Positions 17,874 to 26,594 of a stretch of 26,594 nt of DNA are shown one piece after another. This stretch comes from Coleofasciculus chthonoplastes F2-STO-03 (GTDB lineage: Bacteria > Cyanobacteriota > Cyanobacteriia > Cyanobacteriales > Coleofasciculaceae). The notes beneath the pieces are model-generated. The model made no database searches, had not been told where the DNA came from, and saw only the letters and a list, made by a program, of their open reading frames with translations. The number at the start of each line of letters is the position of its first letter. The first letter of the stretch is position 1. The position numbers and the translations under genes are program-made. Location: the NCBI GenBank assembly GCA_040222015.1, contig JAVJWO010000050.1:1-26594 (forward strand), given 5' to 3'.

Positions 17874-17937
17874 GTAGGGGCGGGTTTAGCCACTCAATTC
17901 AGACATTCACCGATAACTTCTCAACAAAACCCGCCCT
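17874..17937. repeat. REP/MITE-like inverted repeat element
   Basis: GTAGGGGCGGGTTT ... AAACCCGCCCT, with a partial extra left arm at 17850-17868. Confidence 0.75.
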
Positions 17938-18896
17938 CCCCACTGAAGTTGGCGTATCGGTATTTATCGGAATCGGGAATTACACCGGAAGCGACGCCAC
18001 GGGGGTGGTTAGGGTTAGGGGAGGCGGTGTTTCCTCCCTTAGAAGAGAATCATGGCGGTTATGTGAATACCGATGACCGAGGCTATCAAATTTTACTCGA
18101 TTGGCGAGAGTTTCCGGAAGCCGGATTTGACCGGGTTTCGCTGATGGATGTGCTACGGGGACGGGTTTCTGGGCAACGGTTTCAGGATAAGGTGGTGTTG
18201 ATTGGGGCATACTCGCCGTCGTTACGGGATAGGTTTTATACCCCCTTTTCTCACTATCAGGGAACTACACCGAAACATAAGTATGGGGTGGAGATTCAGG
18301 CACTGTTGACGAGTCAGATAATTCAGGCGGCGCTTTTGGAGGATGGGGGAATTCGGGGTGTGGCGCAACCCTGGGAATATGGCTGGATTTGGCTGTGGGT
18401 GAGTTTGGAGTATATCTTTCTACGACGCTGGCGACGGGGGCGTTATCCGGGGTTGACGTTGATTATGGCGTTAATCGGGGGGATGGGTTTAAGTGGTGTC
18501 TTGGTGGGGGTGACGTATGCGGCGTTTTTACTGGATATCTGGATACCTTCCGGTGCGGCGTTAGTGGGTTGAGGAAAATGAGTCGGTGATTTGGCGGGTT
18601 TGGGACAATGGGATAGGGATAAGTGAGTCGGTGCAGAAGCGGTTGTTTGAACCGTTGGTGACGACGAAGCCGATGGGGGAGGGTTCGGGGTTGGGATTGT
18701 ATATTGTCTATGAGTTAGTGGAGAAGCATCAGGGGGCGATTGGGGTGAGGTCTCAGGTGGGAGAGTATACGGAGTTTGAGATTGTTTTTCCCAAGAGTCA
18801 GTTGGTGTTTGAGGGGGAGAGGGAGTGAGGAATAGCTTTGTCGAGCTAGAAAAGTAATATTGGATAGAGTTGAATGTCTCTATAGAGAAAATTTTA

Positions 18897-18930
18897 CCGG
18901 ATTTAGGCTTTCGTAAAAGCTCAAATCCGG
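18897..18930. terminator. Hairpin between convergent genes, possible terminator
   Basis: CCGGATTT-ag-GCTTT-cgta-AAAGC-tc-AAATCCGG. Confidence 0.5.
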
Positions 18931-19026
18931 CTGGGTTCCATTCCGTTTTTTTTTCTAACAGTTGGCTTTCCCATCCCCCACCCTAGCCATGAGACTTGGT
19001 AGCGGGGGAGAAAAGTTCAACGCCAT

Positions 19027-22000
19027 CTAGATAACGGCAAAATCCCAAAAAGTGAGACTGTTGGCTTGCACATCAATGAGTGAGGCTAAGAGTTCATCAC
19101 TCTCGGTAATGCTAATTAGGGTATTGTTAGCATTAGTGTCTGTGCCTTGGGTAATGGTGAGATTATCAAAGGTCAAACCATCTAATCCCAGATAATCCGT
19201 ACCAGCGACAAAGTTGAAAATAGTATCGCTTCCAGCACCAGGCGCCAGTACGAACATATCACGACCACTGTTACCGTACAGTGTGTCAGAACCTGTTCCG
19301 CCGTCTAGGACATTATCACCCTCACCTGCGTAAAGCTGGTCGTTGCCAGTACCACCCTTTAACTCATTGTTACCAGCACCACCATAGAGCAGGTCATCCC
19401 CGTTACCACCGATAAGGTAATCATCTCCGGCTTCTCCTAGCAAGGTATCGTTACCATTACCGCCCCACAGGGCATCATTGCCAGCGCCTGCATCAAGGAT
19501 GTCATTGCCGTCGTCTCCGTAAAGCTGGTCAACACCGTCACCCCCCTTGAGCTGGTCATCGCCCAAGCCACCTTCGAGGTAGTCATTACCAGCCCCGGCA
19601 TCAAGGATATCGTTACCGTCTTGACCGTAAACCTGGTCATTACCATTACCTGCGGTAAGCTGGTCATCACCTGACCCACCTTCGAGGTAATCATCGCCAG
19701 CACCTGCATCAAGGGTATCGTTACCGTCTTGACCGTAAAGGAGATCGTTACCATCACCTCCGATTAGCTGGTCATCGCTGTCTCCACCTTTGAGGTTATC
19801 ATTACCGTTACCTCCATCGAGGGTGTCGCTACCGTCTTGACCATAGAGGAAATCATTTCCATCTTCCCCGGTTAACTGGTCATTGCCAATACCCCCTTCC
19901 AGGTAGTCATTCCCAGCATTTCCATTCAGGATGTCATTCCCGTCACTGCCATAGAGTTGGTCATTGCCGTCACCTCCCTTGAGCTGGTCATCACCGGATT
20001 CTCCATCCAGGTAATCATTGCCTGCTTGCCCTAAGAGCAAATCAGCATCAGCACCACCCCAGAGTTGGTCATCGCCTGTGCCACCATCTAAATAGTCGCG
20101 ACCTGTCTGACCGTAGAGTTGGTCATCGCCACTATTACCCTCAAGTCGGTCATCCCCTGTGCCACCATCTAAGTAGTCTTGACCTGCCTGACCGTAGAGG
20201 CGATCGCTACCATCCTGACCATAGATGAAGTCATCACCTGTGCCACCATCAAGAAAGTCGTGACCTGCACCGCCATCGAGTATATCATAGCCTTGTTGAC
20301 CGTAGAGTCGGTCATTCCCGTCATTGCCTTCTAGCCAATCATCTCCTGTGCCGCCATCAAGGTAGTCATTACCCGCGTTACCCGCCAGCATATCATCACC
20401 TTGTTGACCGTAGAGGCGGTCATTATCGTCACCGCCGGAGAGCATATCATTTCCTGACCCACCCTCTAGGTAGTCATCACCTGCTTGTCCATTGAGGGTA
20501 TCTTCCCCGCTACCGCCGAAGAGGGCATCATTTCCGGAGTCGCCATTGAGGGTATCTTGACCGCTTTGACCATAGAGTTGGTCGTTACCGTCGCCACCAT
20601 TGAGCAGGTCATTTCTTGACCCACCATCAAGGAGGTCATTTCCGGCTTCTCCATTGAGGGTATCTTGACCGCTTTGACCATAGAGTCGATCGTTCCCATC
20701 GCCACCATCAAGCAGGTCATCACCTGACCCACCTTCAGAAAGGTCATTACCTGCCTCTCCATCAAGGGTGTCATTACCGTTTTTACCATAAAGTTGGTCA
20801 TCCCCGTCACCACCAGTGAGGAGGTCATTATCGGTTCCGCCATCAAGGAGATCGTCCCCTGTTCCGCCATCAAGGGTATCAACACCTTTTTTACCATAGA
20901 GTTGGTCATTACCTTCACTACCTGCTAGCTGGTCATCACCTGACCCACCGTCGAGGTAGTCATTGCCAGCCTCTCCATTGAGGGTATCGTTACCTTTTTG
21001 ACCGTAGAGTTGGTCATTACCGTCCCCGCCAAAGAGTTGGTCATCGCCCAACCCACCTTTAAGTAGGTCAACACCTGCTTGACCAAAGAGTTGGTCATTA
21101 CCTTTTCCGGCGTAGAGGCGATCATTCCCTGTGCCACCATCGAGCAAGTCGTCGCCAGCTTTTGCGTAAATCAGGTCATTGCCACCCAATCCACTCAGGA
21201 TATTATTTAAGTTATCACCAATGAGCAGATCCTCGAATTCTGAGCCTTCTAGGTTTTCAATGTCACTCAGGCGATCGCCTTTAGCATCTCCCGCCCAGCC
21301 TTTACCTGCGGTGAGACTGACAGCGACGCGGGTGGCGGAAGTGAAATAGGAAGCGGTGTCATTACCGGCACCACCATTGAGGCGATCGGCATCCGTACCG
21401 CCAACGAGGAAATCGTCACCGTTTTCGCCAAAGAGAGTGTCTTTGCCTGCTTCGCCAAAGATGATGTCGTTGCCATTTCTGGCGTTAACAACGTCATCCC
21501 CATCTCCGGCGTGGATGATATTGGCATTGGCATCGCCGATAATTTCATCATTGAAGGTGGAGCCGATAACATTTTCAATGTTATGAATTTGGTCGGTGTT
21601 GTCAAAGCCGTCATTAGCTTGGTTTTGCTCTAAGTTAACCTTGACCGAGCCTGGGTCGCGGCGGTAGCTGACAGTATCAATACCATTGCCTCCGTCAAGG
21701 TGGTCATTTCCTGCATTACCGACTAGCAGGTCATTTCCTGACTTACTTTCGATGCGGTTATCTAAGCTGTTGCCAATCAGAACATCATCATACTCAGAAC
21801 CAATGATATTTTCTAGATTCTGTAGGGTGTCTGTGGTGCCGAAGCCATCTTTAGCCGTGCCTGGGTTGATGGTAAAGTTGGGTTCTGTGTCGGTAGGAAT
21901 GAGGCGGGTAGAAACTATAGTTGTGTGGAAAGAGCCGCCGAGATTTTGATAGTTCTGTGCTTCGTCTATATTAACGACTACACCGCTGGGCGAGTTATCG

Positions 22001-25000
22001 TAGCTGACGGTATCGATTTCAGTACCACCGTCAATTAGGTCGTCGCCTGCTTCTCCCATCAGGAAGTCATCGCCAGCTTCTCCATATAAGGTGTCATTGC
22101 CAGCATTGCCATTTAGGTTATCAGCGCCAGTACCACCTGCTAGTTCGTCATTGCCAGCATCACCTTTGAGAATGTCATCACCATCTTCCCCGAAGAGTTT
22201 GTCATTCCCCTCACCGCCATTGAGAGTATCATTGCCTAGACCCCCATAGAGTTGGTCAATGCCAGTACCACCTGCTAGTTCGTCATCGCCAGCATCACCT
22301 TTGAGAATATCATCGCCTTCTTCTCCGAAGAGTTTGTCATTACCCTCATTGCCATTGAGGGAGTCATTACCTGTACCACCGTAGAGTTGGTCGTTGTCAG
22401 TACCACCTGCTAGTTCGTCATCGCCAGCATCACCCTTGAGAATGTCATCGCCATCTTCACCGAAGAGTTTGTCATTGTCCTCATCACCATTGAGAATGTC
22501 ATCGCCCGAACCTCCATAGAGTTGGTCGCTGCCAGCATCACCTGTTAACTCATCATTACCAGCATCGCCTTTGAGAATGTCATCACCATCTTCTCCGAAG
22601 AGTTTGTCATTGCCCTCACCGCCATTGAGAGAATCATTGCCCGAACCTCCATAGAGTTGGTCGCTGCCAGCATCACCTGTTAACTCATCATTACCAGCAT
22701 CACCTTTGAGAATGTCATCGCCTTCTTCACCAAAGAGTTTGTCATTGCCCTCACCGCCATTGAGAGAATCATTGCCCTCACCGCCATTGAGGGAATCATT
22801 GTCCTCGCCACCAGCAAGGATATCATCATCGATGCCGCCAGAGATGGTATCCGCCCCAGCTTCACCGCCTAGCGAGTCATTACCCTCATTGCCAAAGAGA
22901 ATATCATTGCCTTCTCCCGCTACGATAAGGTCATTCCCAGCCTTCCCATAAAGTTCGTCACTACCATCACCGCCAAATAGTCGGTCATTGCCTGAGCCGC
23001 CGTCGAGGAAGTCCTGTCCTGAACTACCATAGAGTTCGTCATTGTCGTCACCACCGAATAGTTGATCATCTCCTAAACCTCCATCGAGAAGATCATCTCC
23101 CGCTTCACCCTGTAAGGAATCATTTCCTTGGTCGCCATACAGCCTATCGTTGCTACTACCGCCGTTGAGAGTATCGTCGCCGCCACGACCAATAAGTCTA
23201 TCTGCACCCTCGTCTCCAAATAAGCGATCATCTTTAAAACCTCCATAAAGGTTATCGTCACCAGAACCGCCATGAAGTTCTGCAACAGCATCGGCTTCAA
23301 TAGAAATTAAGTCATTTCCTGTATCGGCGTAAGCGATAATCTTGCTAACACCGGAGTAAGTCTCCTGTTCTCCAAATGCCGAGACTATTACATCAGAGGT
23401 GATATTGAAGTTTTCATCAATAATATCTTTGCTGACATTCCGCTCATTGGCAAAAAGCCCCATATTGAGCCGAAGTTCGCCATTGCCCAGAGCTGTTGCT
23501 AGATTAGGTGGCAAATCGCTAATACTATCGCAGTTATGGGCGAAATTGAAAAGTTCTATCGTGGCAATGTTCCATTCTTCTCGATCAACGACCTTGTCGA
23601 AATCGCCAGTTAAAATTCCAAAAAAACCTTTAATCGGATTTAAAGTAATGTGTTCGATGTAGAGGTCAGCTCCCGCATAGATTCCGCCTTCAATATCAAA
23701 GATACAATCGGCTCCATTGCTGATGTTAGTCGCAATGTCTTGAGGTCTAACCTTGCCATCGGGAGTCGGGTCGTGAAGGTCAAAGTTAGCGATACCTTCA
23801 ATGCGAACTCGACCACCACCATTAAAAAAAACCGGAAGACCCACATTACCATCGGCGAACAAACCAGCGTTTAAAGTAAACTCAGGTTGATTGTTGCGAT
23901 TGTCTACAAAAAAACCTTCAAAAGGCTGACCCTTGACTAATCCCTCTGTATCGTAACCAAATGAGAGTCCGGGAACATTAAACCCCGCGTGTCCTCCAAA
24001 GCTAATCGTGACTGGCGGAACTGCCCATACGGGAATCGTGGCAAATATTTGATCACCCGTATTAGCTGACATTCCAGGCAACTGAAATTGGAAAAGGTCT
24101 ACGTCTGTCTTCCCAAAAAATAGGCTGAATGCTTGAGTTGGGTTTTCCAAAATTGGAAACTTTAGTCCGCCTCCTAATAGGCTTCCGGCTTCTGTAAAGA
24201 AGTTGTCACCACCACTATTTTTTGCCTGAGCGAGTGGGCTAGTTTTTGGACTAATAAGCGTATTAAGTTCTACTTCGGCTAGATTAGAAACAGTTCGGAT
24301 GTCTACTCCATTGTCTTGAAGGTTAAAGGCACCCAAGTCAATAAAGAGGTTTTCACCTATATTGGTAGTGTCGGCAGCGTTAACAACATTAGAAAAATCA
24401 GCTAGTGCCTCAATAAAATCCGTATTGGCACCATACAATTTAGCTATATTTAACAGATTGAGATGAACATCAAATTGATCTAGAACTGGCAAGTCAGTCG
24501 TTAAAACATCGAGCAGCGGATCGAACGGCTTGGTTACTTTTTGAATTTCTTCGACAATCGGCTTGGCAAAATCACTAAAGAACGATCCCAGATCTAGCTG
24601 TACCTTCTCGAAGGCGACTGTGGGTAAGCTTCCCGTTAGAGGCTTAGTTGGATCGATCGTTTCATTAAATCCCCAACCTAGATTGAAATCAGAAAGAATT
24701 CTTGGCAACCCTTTTTCTCCATTGATGCTTGTAGTCAAGCCAAGCTTGATATTGGCGTTGGCATTAAGCTTGATGTCAAGACCAAGAGATGTAAGTTCTG
24801 AAAGCGTCAGTTTAGTATCTAAATCATCTGAGTCTTTCAGGTCAATCCCAAAAGAACCATTGAAGCTAGTGCCTTTGTCAGCAAGGTCAAGCTGTAGAAA
24901 ACCTAACTTACCTGTGCCGTCAAACTTAATTGAAGATGTTGTTAAACCCAGATTGAAATTATCAGAAGAGGTGTCAACAAAAAATTCTCCATTGTTTTTG

Positions 25001-25989
25001 CTAACACCAAAGGTAAATCCTAAACCATAACCTAAACTGACATTGGCTTGACCCTTGATATCGAATTGAAGCCCAGGAAGACCTAAGTCAGCTTCTAAGG
25101 AAGGATTAAATGAATCTTGAGCATTAGCTGGGTCGAGGGTTAAGTTGAACGTAATATCATTACCACTCGTATCAACTGGAATAATTCCTTGGATTAAGTT
25201 TCCCAGCTTAGTATTGAGAGCCTCACTGATATCCTGAGCTGTTGGATTAGGTAGAGTTCTCAGTGGGTCGAGGGCTGATTTGATGGAGGTTCGCAAATCA
25301 CCTAAAAACTCTACTGCATCGTCAGTGTTGAGATTGTCACCCACTACTGGCAGTTTCCCACTCAACACACGGAGCTTGAGGTCATTCTGGAGAGTAGATA
25401 AAAACTGCTCAAGCCCATCACCTACCTGAACCGCTAGATTCTCAGCCTGCTCTATTTGAAGAGCCTTGCCATCCAGCACAACTGTCGCCCGGTCATCCTC
25501 AGCTTTTAATGCCTGAAGTGCAGATTCATTCAACTGCACACCTTGAGCCAAAGCTGAAAAAATAGCTCCTTCATCCCCAGGAGCATCTAATACGTTAATT
25601 TTTGAATCTATAGAGTGACCAATTTCCTCCAAAATAACATCCGTGATCGCCTGAATATTCGACCCATTCTCTGCCATATATTCTTGCGACAAATAAATGG
25701 TATTGGTATCAGCGGAAAAAGCTCCGTTCGCACCATTTATTTCTGCTGCTGAACGAATTTCAATCCCTGGAAAGTCCTCAAACTCACTAGCCGCCCATTG
25801 CTGACGCAAGCCTTCTAGCTTATCAGTATCAAAGCTATCCCCGAAGGCAAGAGTCGCTTTGCTTAAAAAATCTTCATCAGTCGCGATCGCATTCAGCAAC
25901 CTCCGTACTGATGCAGTCGCTTCATACCAAGCAAATTGCGTAGAATTATCTAGGAACTCAGCACCGATTAGATCAAAATTATTGTTCAT
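19027..25989 (-). CDS. Very large RTX (hemolysin-type Ca2+-binding nonapeptide repeat) secreted or surface protein, 2320 aa
   Basis: Two long blocks of GGxGxDxLx repeats separated by D-T-(V/A)-S-Y...IEN(I/V/L)xGS modules. N-terminal GAFS..NTIYLS..LEEIGH domain. C-terminus GSDTIFNF...LTFWDFAVI resembles a T1SS signal. Confidence 0.92.
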   Translation of the reverse strand: MNNNFDLIGAEFLDNSTQFAWYEATASVRRLLNAIATDEDFLSKATLAFGDSFDTDKLEGLRQQWAASEFEDFPGIEIRSAAEINGANGAFSADTNTIYLSQEYMAENGSNIQAITDVILEEIGHSIDSKINVLDAPGDEGAIFSALAQGVQLNESALQALKAEDDRATVVLDGKALQIEQAENLAVQVGDGLEQFLSTLQNDLKLRVLSGKLPVVGDNLNTDDAVEFLGDLRTSIKSALDPLRTLPNPTAQDISEALNTKLGNLIQGIIPVDTSGNDITFNLTLDPANAQDSFNPSLEADLGLPGLQFDIKGQANVSLGYGLGFTFGVSKNNGEFFVDTSSDNFNLGLTTSSIKFDGTGKLGFLQLDLADKGTSFNGSFGIDLKDSDDLDTKLTLSELTSLGLDIKLNANANIKLGLTTSINGEKGLPRILSDFNLGWGFNETIDPTKPLTGSLPTVAFEKVQLDLGSFFSDFAKPIVEEIQKVTKPFDPLLDVLTTDLPVLDQFDVHLNLLNIAKLYGANTDFIEALADFSNVVNAADTTNIGENLFIDLGAFNLQDNGVDIRTVSNLAEVELNTLISPKTSPLAQAKNSGGDNFFTEAGSLLGGGLKFPILENPTQAFSLFFGKTDVDLFQFQLPGMSANTGDQIFATIPVWAVPPVTISFGGHAGFNVPGLSFGYDTEGLVKGQPFEGFFVDNRNNQPEFTLNAGLFADGNVGLPVFFNGGGRVRIEGIANFDLHDPTPDGKVRPQDIATNISNGADCIFDIEGGIYAGADLYIEHITLNPIKGFFGILTGDFDKVVDREEWNIATIELFNFAHNCDSISDLPPNLATALGNGELRLNMGLFANERNVSKDIIDENFNITSDVIVSAFGEQETYSGVSKIIAYADTGNDLISIEADAVAELHGGSGDDNLYGGFKDDRLFGDEGADRLIGRGGDDTLNGGSSNDRLYGDQGNDSLQGEAGDDLLDGGLGDDQLFGGDDNDELYGSSGQDFLDGGSGNDRLFGGDGSDELYGKAGNDLIVAGEGNDILFGNEGNDSLGGEAGADTISGGIDDDILAGGEDNDSLNGGEGNDSLNGGEGNDKLFGEEGDDILKGDAGNDELTGDAGSDQLYGGSGNDSLNGGEGNDKLFGEDGDDILKGDAGNDELTGDAGSDQLYGGSGDDILNGDEDNDKLFGEDGDDILKGDAGDDELAGGTDNDQLYGGTGNDSLNGNEGNDKLFGEEGDDILKGDAGDDELAGGTGIDQLYGGLGNDTLNGGEGNDKLFGEDGDDILKGDAGNDELAGGTGADNLNGNAGNDTLYGEAGDDFLMGEAGDDLIDGGTEIDTVSYDNSPSGVVVNIDEAQNYQNLGGSFHTTIVSTRLIPTDTEPNFTINPGTAKDGFGTTDTLQNLENIIGSEYDDVLIGNSLDNRIESKSGNDLLVGNAGNDHLDGGNGIDTVSYRRDPGSVKVNLEQNQANDGFDNTDQIHNIENVIGSTFNDEIIGDANANIIHAGDGDDVVNARNGNDIIFGEAGKDTLFGENGDDFLVGGTDADRLNGGAGNDTASYFTSATRVAVSLTAGKGWAGDAKGDRLSDIENLEGSEFEDLLIGDNLNNILSGLGGNDLIYAKAGDDLLDGGTGNDRLYAGKGNDQLFGQAGVDLLKGGLGDDQLFGGDGNDQLYGQKGNDTLNGEAGNDYLDGGSGDDQLAGSEGNDQLYGKKGVDTLDGGTGDDLLDGGTDNDLLTGGDGDDQLYGKNGNDTLDGEAGNDLSEGGSGDDLLDGGDGNDRLYGQSGQDTLNGEAGNDLLDGGSRNDLLNGGDGNDQLYGQSGQDTLNGDSGNDALFGGSGEDTLNGQAGDDYLEGGSGNDMLSGGDDNDRLYGQQGDDMLAGNAGNDYLDGGTGDDWLEGNDGNDRLYGQQGYDILDGGAGHDFLDGGTGDDFIYGQDGSDRLYGQAGQDYLDGGTGDDRLEGNSGDDQLYGQTGRDYLDGGTGDDQLWGGADADLLLGQAGNDYLDGESGDDQLKGGDGNDQLYGSDGNDILNGNAGNDYLEGGIGNDQLTGEDGNDFLYGQDGSDTLDGGNGNDNLKGGDSDDQLIGGDGNDLLYGQDGNDTLDAGAGDDYLEGGSGDDQLTAGNGNDQVYGQDGNDILDAGAGNDYLEGGLGDDQLKGGDGVDQLYGDDGNDILDAGAGNDALWGGNGNDTLLGEAGDDYLIGGNGDDLLYGGAGNNELKGGTGNDQLYAGEGDNVLDGGTGSDTLYGNSGRDMFVLAPGAGSDTIFNFVAGTDYLGLDGLTFDNLTITQGTDTNANNTLISITESDELLASLIDVQANSLTFWDFAVI

Positions 25990-26468
25990 TACACCCTCTG
26001 AATATTATCAGAAATTGATTACTCTGCTCAGTAGTAGTCATACTACAAGCTAATCCAGAGATAAAAACCATCTTCATCAATTCTTTAAACTATTTATTTT
26101 TGTAAAATATTATAGATGTAACTAATCATTAATATGCAATATTAAGTAACAATTCACGAAAGTCTCTGACAGTGAAGAACAATTAAAACCGAGCTGAATT
26201 TATTAAAAAATGTATAGATACGAGGCTGTCAATGCTCAAAGAGCCATCACCCTACAACCCCGCAGATTCGTTCTAATGGATAAAATAAACTTATTAATTG
26301 TCCCCCAGTCAGCAGACAACTGAACTTCACACAAGCTTCACAAAAGGGGACACTCCCACAAAGATGATATTTGATTGACCAACAACAGGAGTAAGCGCTT
26401 GATTTTTTGCGTCGAGTCAACCCCAAACCCTAATACCCCATCGCTTCCCCCGCCACTCGCCGCCGATC

Positions 26469-26594
26469 ATTCACAGCATTGAAGATCTGAAGGGCAAACA
26501 AGTCAGCGCCGGTCAACCTGGCCAGACATCCTGGAATGCATTCAACAATCTCCTCGCCGTTCACGGCATGACGACGGATGATATCGAAGCTGAT
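26469..26594 (+). CDS. Internal fragment of a probable TAXI-family TRAP (PBP2-type) solute-binding protein
   Basis: IHSIEDLKGKQVSAGQPGQTSWNAFNNLLAVHGMTTDDIEAD matches the I-x-S-I-x-DLKGK-x-V-S-x-G-x-PG pattern. No start codon for this part; runs off the window. Confidence 0.55.
   Translation, partial: MHSIEDLKGKQVSAGQPGQTSWNAFNNLLAVHGMTTDDIEAD

Larger units (their letters stand above)
17712..18828 (+). pseudogene. Decayed CHASE2-domain sensor histidine kinase
   Basis: CHASE2 motifs (VVGLGLFRDV, GGYVNTDDRGYQILLDWR, DKVVLIG, DRFYTP, GVEIQA) plus TM helices, stop at 18572, then an out-of-frame HATPase tail (VWDNGIGI..LFEPLVTTKPMGEGSGLGL). No N-terminus, H-box or N-box. Confidence 0.8.

Noticed and set aside
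19437..25030. Many small ORFs overlapping the RTX gene
   Set aside because: Off-frame products of repetitive Gly/Asp/Asn codons.
26025..26160. NtcA box upstream of the RTX gene
   Set aside because: The GTA...TAC pairs I found are spaced by 7 or 10 nt, not the canonical 8.

Overview
The window appears to be three unrelated segments joined end to end. (1) About 1-3130 is GC-rich, alphaproteobacterial-looking DNA. It holds a 3-hydroxyisobutyryl-CoA hydrolase-like gene on the minus strand (missed by the ORF track), divergent from metY. The metY leader has two SAM-II-type riboswitch aptamers in tandem: the first is coupled to an intrinsic terminator, the second to a hairpin that can sequester the Shine-Dalgarno sequence. 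This is the most interesting element found. (2) About 3131-26460 is filamentous-cyanobacterial DNA (HIP1 sites, STRR heptamers and REP-like elements; Coleofasciculus/Microcoleus-like by inference). It starts in a truncated TnpB gene and carries a beta-carboxysome/CO2-concentrating locus: ccmK2-K1-L-M-N-O plus a CmpR-like LysR regulator, divergent from ndhF4-ndhD4-cupB. The 5' domain of a HEARO/IscB omega-RNA-like element sits in the highly structured ccmL-ccmM spacer. Further along are a stand-alone PD-(D/E)XK protein, a CYTH-like protein, an orphan ABC-2 permease, a decayed CHASE2 histidine kinase and a 2320-aa RTX-repeat protein. (3) The last ~125 bp is an internal fragment of a probable TAXI-type solute-binding protein gene. 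All calls come from reading the sequence and recalling family motifs; no searches were run.
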